From positions 8,491 through 72,490 of the forward strand of contig JANMHX010000155.1 in assembly GCA_031375485.1 (NCBI GenBank): 64,000 nt of DNA, written 5' to 3'. This DNA is from Gemmatimonadota bacterium. Its GTDB lineage: Bacteria > Gemmatimonadota > Gemmatimonadetes > Gemmatimonadales > GWC2-71-9. Position 1 is the first letter of the stretch; every line of letters starts with the position of its first letter. The notes under the pieces were generated by a model. The model did not search any database. It was given only the letters and a program-made list of their open reading frames with translations, and had not been told where the DNA came from. The position numbers and the translations under genes are program-made. Positions 56,306 to 64,000 of the stretch are shown here, in pieces.

Positions 56306-57376
56306 ATGACCTTTTTCGACTCCCGCCACCAGCGGGCCGCGATGGTCCTCGGGCTGCTGACCGTGGGCTTGGCAATTACCCTGGCACCGTATGCCACGGG
56401 GCTGATTGCCGTGCCGGTACTGTACGTCATTCTCGAGCCGGTTCACGCCCGGCTGACCAAGTGGCTCAGTCCGGCCAAGTCGGCGGGCCTGGTGATTCTG
56501 CTCACCATTCTCCTGATCGTCATTCCGGGGGTTTCGATTCTCAGCCTGATTCTCGGTCAAGCCCAAGAGATGGCCGGGAAAGTGATGACTGGTCCGTTGC
56601 TCGACCGAATCCGGCTCCTCCAGGTGGGCCCCTTTGATGTCGGCGCCGAGCTAGTCCGCCTGAGCCAGACGGTGGTCGGTTGGCTCGGGAGCAACGCGTT
56701 TTCACTGCTGGGCACCATGACCCGGTTGGCACTCAATCTCCTCCTGGCGTTGTTCGGGCTGTTTTATCTGCTCCTGCAGCCGCATGTGGTCTGGCACGCC
56801 GTCCGGCCGTACATCCCATTCTCGCCGGCGAACACCGAGCGGCTCCGGGATCGATTTCGGGCGGTAGCCGTGTCCACCGTGATCGGCACCGGCGTGACCG
56901 CGGCGGCCCAAGGGGTCGCGGCGGCCCTCGGCTTCGCGTTTACCGGGCTGCCGGATCCGTTGTTCTGGGGCGTGATCACGGTCGTGTTCGCCATCCTTCC
57001 GGTGGTCGGGAGCGGCATGATCTGGGGACCCGGCGTGGCCGTGTTGCTGGTCGACGGTCGGTTTGGTGCCGCGGGCTTTCTGGCGGTCTGGAGCCTCGCG
57101 ACGACCGGAGTCATCGATTACATCTTCCGACCGCTCGTCTTTAATCGTTTTGCCCAAGTGCATCCGCTCATCACCCTGGTTGGGGCCGTGGCGGGGGTGA
57201 GCTACTTCGGTCTGCTGGGTCTCCTGGTTGGCCCGCTGGCGTTGTCGTATTTCTTCGAGATCTTGGGGATGTACCGCGAAGAGTACGTCAAAACGGGCAG
57301 CGCCAGCGGGTTTACCGAGGAGACCGCGGTCGCGACGGGGCCGACGTGGCCGGCCGCGCCACCGCCCGAGCCGTGA
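56306..57376 (+). CDS. AI-2E (PurR-regulated permease/TqsA) family transporter
   Basis: Multi-TM; ILPVVGS..W.P, IDY..RP, VHPL and GLLVGP. Confidence 0.88.
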   Translation: MTFFDSRHQRAAMVLGLLTVGLAITLAPYATGLIAVPVLYVILEPVHARLTKWLSPAKSAGLVILLTILLIVIPGVSILSLILGQAQEMAGKVMTGPLLDRIRLLQVGPFDVGAELVRLSQTVVGWLGSNAFSLLGTMTRLALNLLLALFGLFYLLLQPHVVWHAVRPYIPFSPANTERLRDRFRAVAVSTVIGTGVTAAAQGVAAALGFAFTGLPDPLFWGVITVVFAILPVVGSGMIWGPGVAVLLVDGRFGAAGFLAVWSLATTGVIDYIFRPLVFNRFAQVHPLITLVGAVAGVSYFGLLGLLVGPLALSYFFEILGMYREEYVKTGSASGFTEETAVATGPTWPAAPPPEP

Positions 57377-58344
57377 AGGCCACCGCCAACCGAACCCTCG
57401 TCTTCTGGGCGTTCGCCGCGATCTACCTCATCTGGGGCTCGACGTATCTCGGGATTCAGATCGCGATTCACACCATGCCGCCGTTCCTGTTGGCGGCCGT
57501 CCGGTTTCTCCTGGCCGGGGCGATCCTGGTGGCCTGGGCCCGGTGGCAAGGCGAGGCGCTGCCCGACTGGGCTACCTGGCGGATCGCGTCCATTCTCGGG
57601 ACGTTGTTCTTCGTGTTGGGCAACGGCTTGGTCGTCTGGGCCGAACAGCACGTGCCGTCGGGACGCACCGCGCTGCTGGCCTCGACCTCGCCGATCTGGA
57701 CGGTCATTCTGGAGAGCGCCCTCGATCGATGGCGGCGCCCCCCCGCCCGGGTGTTGGCCGGGATCGGCTTCGGGATGATCGGACTGATCCTGCTGGCCGC
57801 GCCCGATGTGGGCACCACCAGCGGAGCCGTCTCACTCGGGGGAATCATTGCGCTGTTGGGCGCGTCGGTGGCCTGGGCGGTCGGCTCGGTCTTCGCCCAT
57901 CGGCATCACTTGCCGGCCAGTCCCGCCATGGCCACGGGCATGAAGATGCTGGGTGGCGGCGCCCAGCTTGCGGTGGTGGCGCTGGTGGCTGGGGAGACCC
58001 GGGGGTTTTCGGTCCGTCAGGTCTCCCCGGCCTCGTGGGCCGCATTTGCCTATCTGGTGATCTTCGGCAGCATCATCGGGTTCACCGCGTTTGCCTACCT
58101 GCTCCGGGTGACCACGCCGCAGATGGTGGGCACCTCCTCCTACGTGAACCCGTTGGTGGCGGTCTTCCTGGGCTGGAGTCTGGCCAACGAGGCCCTCACC
58201 GCACGGATGCTCCTCGGGGCGGTCATCAGTCTGGTCGGGGTGGTCCTGATCCGGATCCCGGTGCACCACGAACCCGATCCGGTCGAGGAAGAAGTCGGGA
58301 CCCTCGAAACTGGAGAGTTCCCCGTGCCGCGGCGAGCGGAGTAA
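57373..58344 (+). CDS. EamA/DMT family transporter (YedA-like)
   Basis: GTG start overlapping the AI-2E stop. IYLIWGSTYLGI and YVNPLVAVFLG. Confidence 0.9.
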   Translation: MKATANRTLVFWAFAAIYLIWGSTYLGIQIAIHTMPPFLLAAVRFLLAGAILVAWARWQGEALPDWATWRIASILGTLFFVLGNGLVVWAEQHVPSGRTALLASTSPIWTVILESALDRWRRPPARVLAGIGFGMIGLILLAAPDVGTTSGAVSLGGIIALLGASVAWAVGSVFAHRHHLPASPAMATGMKMLGGGAQLAVVALVAGETRGFSVRQVSPASWAAFAYLVIFGSIIGFTAFAYLLRVTTPQMVGTSSYVNPLVAVFLGWSLANEALTARMLLGAVISLVGVVLIRIPVHHEPDPVEEEVGTLETGEFPVPRRAE

Positions 58345-58349
58345 GAAAC

Positions 58350-58383
58350 AGAACGGCCGTCCTCGGGTGAGGACGGCCGTTCT
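58350..58383. terminator. Bidirectional terminator hairpin
   Basis: Perfect 15-bp stem agaacggccgtcctc / gaggacggccgttct between convergent genes. Confidence 0.82.
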
Positions 58384-58403
58384 CCTGCATCCCTCCCGGC
58401 GGA

Positions 58404-59969
58404 TTACTCGCCCGGGCGACCGATCTTGCTGGTCCCGTTCGGGCCGGTCTCCGCGCAGGTGGCGGCCGGTTCCGCGGCAGCCGTCTCGATCTGGTTGAGT
58501 TCGACCCGGCGGTTCTGCGCCATGCCGTCGTCGGTGGTGTTGTCGGCGCTCGGCTTGCACTCGCCGAAGGCCCGAACCGTGGTCCGGCTCTTGTCGATGC
58601 CGCGCTTCACCAACTCGCGCTGGATGAACTCGCCCCGCTTCTGGGACAGCCAGGCATTGTACTTGACGCTGTTCCGCCAGTCGGTGTGCCCGTCAATGTA
58701 GACCCGGATCGTCTGGTCGGCCTTCATGTTCTCCGCCACCTGATCGAGCGACATCCGATCGACGCCGGCGGCCTCGTTGTACTTGTTGGTGCCGAACATG
58801 GCCCGGAGTACGACCGAGAGCCCGCGGACCGTGGCCGAGGCCCGATCCGAGGACCCGGAGCAGGTGGCCGTGATGCCGTAGTCGCCGCTTCGGCTCCAGC
58901 TGTAGGTCCACGCCTGGGCGCTCGGGCTGCCATCGGCGGCTACGGTGCACTCGTCGGCGCGCATGGCCCGGCTGTTCCCGTCAGACCAGTACCCGGTAAT
59001 GGCGTAGGTTGCCGATTCGCCCAGTTTGAGGTTCGACGTCTTCGGGCTGATCTCGATCCGCGACAACCGCGCGGGCGGGGGCGGCGGGGGCGGCGCGGTG
59101 ACCGTGACGGTCGAGGTGTCGGCGTACTTGCCGTTCAGCGTCGTCGCGACGACCCGGTAGGTGCCGGCGGTGTTCGAGCTGAAGACACCGTTCGGACCGA
59201 TCGTGCCGCCCGGCATCACCGCGTAGGTCACTTGGGGCGTGGTGGAGGACCCGTCGCAGAGCCGTCCGGAGACGTTGAAGTTGACCGACTGGCCGGTTTG
59301 CACGCTGGCCGTGTTCGGCGTCAGATCAATCCCTTCGAGCCGCTTGGTGCACTTCGAGTTCGGGAAGATCGAGAGCCCGAGCTGCGCGGCCAAGTGGGTG
59401 TTGCTCGACGGATCGCCGACCGAAGCGACCGGGCCGAGTGCCTGGACCTCGGTGCTGCCGTTGCGGGGGCTCGGCGTGAAATCGAGCGTGCCGTCGCCGC
59501 GGAGGGAGAGCCAGCTGTTGACCTTGTAGCGAAGACCCACCAACCCGCCGACGCCGAAATCGTTGCCGAAGATCGTCTTGACGGTCGTGTTGTTGGACTT
59601 GCCGTAGTGGTTGAGGACCGGGCCGGCGCCGAGCAAGAAGCTGGCCTTGGTGCCTAACGGAGCGTGGAAAAGCCCCCGGAGATGAATCGGCCAGTGCCGG
59701 ATCGGCGAGCTGATCTGCCCGGTGAAATAATTCTTGAGGTCGGTGGCGTTGAATGACGCGTCGGCCTCGAGCGAGAATTTCGGCGAGAGGAAGTACCCGA
59801 GACGGCCGCCCGCGCCGAAACTGTTCTGGCTCTTGTTCGAGGTGCTGAAGCTGCCGTCGTACTTCGTGTACCGACCGAAGCCGCCGATTTCAATCGTGCC
59901 CTTCTCCTGCGCCACCGCCGGGAGGGCGTACAACGCCAAGGCTCCCACCACCAGGAGGCTCTTACGCAT
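58404..59969 (-). CDS. OmpA-family protein: beta-barrel, two Ig-like domains, OmpA C-terminal peptidoglycan-binding domain
   Basis: Signal peptide, amphipathic strands, poly-Pro linker, GHTD..YNAWLSQKR and QNRRVE. Confidence 0.88.
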   Translation of the reverse strand: MRKSLLVVGALALYALPAVAQEKGTIEIGGFGRYTKYDGSFSTSNKSQNSFGAGGRLGYFLSPKFSLEADASFNATDLKNYFTGQISSPIRHWPIHLRGLFHAPLGTKASFLLGAGPVLNHYGKSNNTTVKTIFGNDFGVGGLVGLRYKVNSWLSLRGDGTLDFTPSPRNGSTEVQALGPVASVGDPSSNTHLAAQLGLSIFPNSKCTKRLEGIDLTPNTASVQTGQSVNFNVSGRLCDGSSTTPQVTYAVMPGGTIGPNGVFSSNTAGTYRVVATTLNGKYADTSTVTVTAPPPPPPPARLSRIEISPKTSNLKLGESATYAITGYWSDGNSRAMRADECTVAADGSPSAQAWTYSWSRSGDYGITATCSGSSDRASATVRGLSVVLRAMFGTNKYNEAAGVDRMSLDQVAENMKADQTIRVYIDGHTDWRNSVKYNAWLSQKRGEFIQRELVKRGIDKSRTTVRAFGECKPSADNTTDDGMAQNRRVELNQIETAAAEPAATCAETGPNGTSKIGRPGE

Positions 59970-60091
59970 CTGGAATCACTCCATCAAAGGTTTTCGCCGA
60001 CCGCTGTTATTCGTAAGCAGTTGCAGCGCCACAATATAGAAGGATTTGGCCGACGATGGTAGGCCCGCGCCACCTGGGCTAGCTTATGAGC

Positions 60092-63000
60092 ATGCTCTCA
60101 CTCCGCGCGATGGCCGCCGTCTCGATTGCTTCCTGGGTGGTCGATGCCTCCGCGTCGCTTCGGGTCATCCGGACGACGCCCGATGCCGAAGCCGCCCCAA
60201 CCGCGGTCATCTCGGTCACCTTCGATCGGCCCGTCGTCGGGTCGCTCGACCGGACCGTTGACCCGGCCAGCATCCTCTCGATCGTGCCCGCGGTGCCGGG
60301 CGCCCTCGAGTGGCGGGACCCGGTCACCCTCCGACTCAAACCCGCGGCGCCGCTTTCCCCCGGCGTCAGCTATACCGTGACCGTGAATCAGTCGTTCACG
60401 GCGCTGGACGGTTCCCGGCTGGCCGAGTCGTACCGGTTCGGGTTTCGAGTGGCGGGGCCCAGAGTCCTGACCGGCATGCCGGTGGCCGAAGATCAGTCCC
60501 CCCGATTCGTGACCGCCACGGAGACCTTCCGCCTGGCCGTCAGTTCCTCGGTTGATCTCGCGGCGTTGGCCCGGCTGGTGTACCTCGAACCTGGCCCGGC
60601 GTGCCCGCGGCGGGGCCCGATCCGGTTCACGGTCCTCGATCAACGGGCCATTGCAGACTCGGCACCGTGGCAACTTCGCGAAGCCGGCGGGTGGGACCGG
60701 GATCGGTCGACCGACGGGCTCCGGCGGGTCGTCACGCTCCGGCCGGCGGAGCCGTTGCCGCTGGCCTGCGCGGCCGAGTTGGTGACCCCGACCTTCATCG
60801 ATCCCGCCAACCCCGGCCCGGTCCGCCGCTGGGCCTTCGCCACCTACGGCACCTTCGCGGTCGACACCACGACTTGTGGCGGAGGCGGCCACTGTCCCAC
60901 CGGTCCGATTCAGCTCCGGTTCACCACGCCGGTCCGAGGTGCCGAGGTCCTCCGCCACGTTCGGGTGCTGCCCAAAGTGGCCTTCACGGTGGCCGACTCG
61001 AACGACGTCAGCGAAACCTGGTCGCTGCAGGCCGATCTCAAGCCGAGAACCGGGTATCTGATCGAGGTTGACCCGGTCTTGACCGACGGTTTCGGCCAGC
61101 GGTTGACCGGCAATCCCCGCCGCACCATCGTGACCACGGGCTTTGCGCCAAGTGTGTCCTATCCCACCGGCCGGCTCACGATCGAGCGGAACGGCCCGCG
61201 CACGCTCCCCGTGACGTATGTCAACGTCGACACCATCGAAGTGATCCAAGCGGCGGTGCCGGAATCGCTCGAGGCCAAACTGTTGTCGCGGTCGTGGTAT
61301 GCCTGGAACGACGACTGGACCGCGCTCGAGCCGAAGGCCACCCGTCGGAAGTATCCGGTCACCCCGACCCGGGATCGGCACGGGGTCTACGGGGTGCCGT
61401 TCCCGGCCGGTCTCTACGCGGTCAAGATCGTGAGCCGGGCCCTGCCCAAGCCGAAGCGGGACGACGGCGAGCAAGGTCCCGCCGACTATCAGCCGATTGC
61501 GCTGGTGCAAGTCACCGATTTGGGCATCCACGCCAAGATCGGCCGGGAGGAGGGCGTGGTGTGGGTCGCGGGCGTGAGCGACGGTCGCTCCCGAAGCGGC
61601 GTTGCCATCGCCGTGCGCGACAGCCGGCGCCGGCTGTTGGCCCAGGGTGTCACCGACGCGCAAGGCCTGTTTCGGTTCTCCGGAGTCCGTCGGAAGGGCG
61701 AACCGGCGGGCGGCGCCGAGCCCGATTACGAGGGCCAGGCGTTCGAGGGCTACGTCGAAGCCCGGTCCGGCGGCGACCGGGCGGTGGTGGGGGTGACCCA
61801 ATACGATCCCGACCTGAGCCCGTGGCAGTTCAACGTCTCGGCCGCGTGGGATACCGAACGGTTTCCGATGGCGGCCGCGGTCTTCACGGAGCGGGGCATC
61901 TATCGCCCCGGCGATTCGGTGTTTGCCAAGGCCATCGTCCGAACTGGGGCCCTCGGCTCGCTCAAAGTGCCGGGCCGGACCGATTCGGTCCGGCTGGCGT
62001 TCCAGGACCGCGATGGCGGCGTCCTCCGCGAACGGACCGTGGCGCTCTCGGCGTTCGGGACGGCGTCGCCGGCGTACCGGTTGCCCGCCGACGCGCCGTT
62101 AGGCCGCTATGCGGTCGTCGCGAGTCTCCGTCGGGAGGGTGAATGGAAGGAAGTCGCCCGGGCCGACTACAAAGTGGCGGAGTACCGGGCGCCCGAATTC
62201 CTGGTCGATGTGACGGCCGACACTGCGGCCCGGATCACCGGCGACTCGCTCGCCGCCACCGTCTCGGCGCGGTATCTCTTCGGGGCCCCGATGGCCCGGG
62301 CCAAGGTGACCTGGGCCGTTCGCGAACAACGGATCGAGGCCTGGGATCTCCAGGTGCCGAACACCGACGGCTACTACGTCGCGGAGCGAGGCTGGTGGTG
62401 GGAAGAGTGGAGCGGCCGAAGCGCCACGTCGGTGAGCGAAAGCCGGGCCGATTCGCTCGACGCCGCCGGCCAACTCACGCTGCGGGCCCCGTTGGTGTTG
62501 TCGAATCCGAAACTCCCGGCGTTGGTGAGCGTCGACGCGGTGGTGACCGACGTGAACCGCCAGTCGGTGTTCGGAAGCGCCACGGTCAAGGTCCATCCCA
62601 CCAGTTACTACATCGGGGCCAAGCCCGCCTCGAAAACCTATTTCTGGACCGCCGCCACCCCGGAACAAGTGGAGGTGATCGCGGTCCGTCCCGATGGACG
62701 CCGGGTGGCGTCGGTGCCGGTGCGAGGGTGGCTGATCCGGCGGGAATGGCACCAAGTCCGCCGCGAGAACGACGGGGTGGCCGACCTGGTGGGCGAATGG
62801 GTCCAAGACACCGTCGACCGGTGCTCGGTGCGGACCACGGCCGCGGCGGTCGCGTGCCGGCTGACGCCGAAGGCCGCCGGCAACTACATCGTCGCGTTCG
62901 ATGCCGCCGACGATCGCGGGCGGCCGGTGTCCACCAGCTTCTACCGGTGGGTCATCGGGCCGGGGTGGGTGCCCTGGGCGGACGAATCGCAATTCAAGAT

Positions 63001-64000
63001 GGACGTGGTACCCGACAAGAGCCGGTACGCAGTGGGCGACACGGCCACCGTGTTGTTCGCGGCCCCGTTCACCAACGCGGAGGCCTGGGTCACGGTCGAG
63101 CGCGAAGGGGTGATCGAGCAGCGCCGGTTCACGGTCAAGGACGGAGCCACGACGCTCAAGCTGCCGGTGACCGAAGCCTGGGTGCCTAACGCATTCGTGT
63201 CGATCGTGGTGGCCCGGGGCCGGAGCGCCAAGCCGGGGCCGCTCGACGACCCGGGGCGCCCCACGATCCGGGTCGGCTACGCCGAGGTCCGGGTCACACC
63301 CGACGGCAAGCGGCTGCACGTGAGCCTGGCGGCCGACCGCGCCGAGTACCGGCCCGGCGACCGGGCCACCGTCACGGCCACCGTCACCGAAGGGCCGAAA
63401 GGCGCCCGGAGCGAAGTGACCCTCTGGGCCGTCGACGAAGGGGTGCTCTCGCTCACCGGCTACAAAGTGCCCGATCCGGTCGAGTTGATCTACCGGCCCC
63501 GGGGACTCGGCCTCCGGTTAGGCAGCAACCTCTCGACCGTGGCGCCGCAGGTGCCCCCGGGCGACAAGGGCCGCAATCCGGGTGGCGGAGGCGGCGAGGG
63601 CGCAGCCGACATCCTCCGATCGCGGTTCCGGACCACGGCTTTCTTCCTGGGCTCGGTCGTGACGGACTCCCTGGGCGTCGGTCGCGCGGCCGTGAAGTTG
63701 CCGGACAACCTCACCACCTTCCGGGTCATGGCCGTCGCCGTCACCGCGGGTGACCGGTACGGCAGCGGCCAGTCTTCGATGCTGGTGACGAGGCCGTTGC
63801 TGGCCCGGGCCGCGGTTCCGCGCTTCGTCCGGCCCGGCGACCAACTGACCGCCGGGGTGGTCGTCAACCACCGGATCGGAGGCACTCCAGCGGTCGAGGT
63901 GTCCGCGGTACCGACGGGCATTCGGCTCCTCGGCGAGCACACCAAGTCGGCCACGCTCGAAGCCGGTCGAGGCCGGGAAGTCCGGTTCGACTTCCGGGCC
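60092..64000 (+). CDS. Bacterial alpha-2-macroglobulin (3'-truncated by window edge; absent from ORF track)
   Basis: Spot-translated by eye from ATG 60086/60092: VTFDRPVVG, LVQVTDLG, FTERGIYRPGD (in frame at 61883), EYRAPEF, LWAVDEGVL and LRSRFRTTAFF..KLPDNLTTFRVMAVA. Confidence 0.9.
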   Translation, partial: MLSLRAMAAVSIASWVVDASASLRVIRTTPDAEAAPTAVISVTFDRPVVGSLDRTVDPASILSIVPAVPGALEWRDPVTLRLKPAAPLSPGVSYTVTVNQSFTALDGSRLAESYRFGFRVAGPRVLTGMPVAEDQSPRFVTATETFRLAVSSSVDLAALARLVYLEPGPACPRRGPIRFTVLDQRAIADSAPWQLREAGGWDRDRSTDGLRRVVTLRPAEPLPLACAAELVTPTFIDPANPGPVRRWAFATYGTFAVDTTTCGGGGHCPTGPIQLRFTTPVRGAEVLRHVRVLPKVAFTVADSNDVSETWSLQADLKPRTGYLIEVDPVLTDGFGQRLTGNPRRTIVTTGFAPSVSYPTGRLTIERNGPRTLPVTYVNVDTIEVIQAAVPESLEAKLLSRSWYAWNDDWTALEPKATRRKYPVTPTRDRHGVYGVPFPAGLYAVKIVSRALPKPKRDDGEQGPADYQPIALVQVTDLGIHAKIGREEGVVWVAGVSDGRSRSGVAIAVRDSRRRLLAQGVTDAQGLFRFSGVRRKGEPAGGAEPDYEGQAFEGYVEARSGGDRAVVGVTQYDPDLSPWQFNVSAAWDTERFPMAAAVFTERGIYRPGDSVFAKAIVRTGALGSLKVPGRTDSVRLAFQDRDGGVLRERTVALSAFGTASPAYRLPADAPLGRYAVVASLRREGEWKEVARADYKVAEYRAPEFLVDVTADTAARITGDSLAATVSARYLFGAPMARAKVTWAVREQRIEAWDLQVPNTDGYYVAERGWWWEEWSGRSATSVSESRADSLDAAGQLTLRAPLVLSNPKLPALVSVDAVVTDVNRQSVFGSATVKVHPTSYYIGAKPASKTYFWTAATPEQVEVIAVRPDGRRVASVPVRGWLIRREWHQVRRENDGVADLVGEWVQDTVDRCSVRTTAAAVACRLTPKAAGNYIVAFDAADDRGRPVSTSFYRWVIGPGWVPWADESQFKMDVVPDKSRYAVGDTATVLFAAPFTNAEAWVTVEREGVIEQRRFTVKDGATTLKLPVTEAWVPNAFVSIVVARGRSAKPGPLDDPGRPTIRVGYAEVRVTPDGKRLHVSLAADRAEYRPGDRATVTATVTEGPKGARSEVTLWAVDEGVLSLTGYKVPDPVELIYRPRGLGLRLGSNLSTVAPQVPPGDKGRNPGGGGGEGAADILRSRFRTTAFFLGSVVTDSLGVGRAAVKLPDNLTTFRVMAVAVTAGDRYGSGQSSMLVTRPLLARAAVPRFVRPGDQLTAGVVVNHRIGGTPAVEVSAVPTGIRLLGEHTKSATLEAGRGREVRFDFRA

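Noticed and set aside
227-63523. GTTAGGC as a telomere-like repeat or as bldA-style TTA regulation
   Set aside because: The copies are dispersed and never tandem. The fixed flanking bases and the copies read as Pro-Asn or stop codons argue against a purely tRNA-level mechanism, though that is not formally excluded.
1-64000. CRISPR arrays, tRNA/rRNA, prophage or defence systems
   Set aside because: No regularly spaced repeats, cloverleaf motifs, integrases or nuclease signatures seen, and the intergenic spaces are short.

Overview
A GC-rich, gene-dense chromosomal window (GC roughly two-thirds, estimated by eye) from a diderm bacterium. It is most likely Gemmatimonadota, inferred from the combination of SusC/SusD, PadR plus ADOP permeases, Ig-repeat lipoproteins and a caa3 oxidase. 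In order it holds: (1) 1-21.8 kb, four MacB/FtsX-type ADOP permeases with no ATPase, a PadR regulator, a secreted tricorn/S41 protease, a PD40 propeller protein, a SusC/SusD pair, an LVIVD protein and an amidohydrolase remnant; (2) 21.8-33.3 kb, the lower phenylacetyl-CoA pathway (paaGHI and paaJZ) with a fused 2-oxoacid dehydrogenase E1, flanked by two beta-lactamase-family serine hydrolases and a TetR; (3) GGCT, two tandem secreted AbgB-like M20 hydrolases and DUF4349; (4) greA, an orphan GroES-like gene and DUF983; (5) the caa3 cytochrome oxidase operon; (6) M20 peptidase, GlpQ, and a ybbAP-fabI-DUF423-YkgJ-DinB run opposite tesA; (7) a hybrid kinase, an Ig-repeat lipoprotein, AI-2E, EamA, an OmpA with Ig domains, and an alpha-2-macroglobulin that runs off the end and is missing from the ORF track. 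I saw no rRNA, tRNA, CRISPR array or transposase. The signal least explained by the gene content is the non-palindromic motif GTTAGG(C)/(G)CCTAAC. I counted 19 copies by eye, and they account for most of the rare TTA codons I noticed. All calls come from reading the sequence and recognising motifs; no database searches were run.
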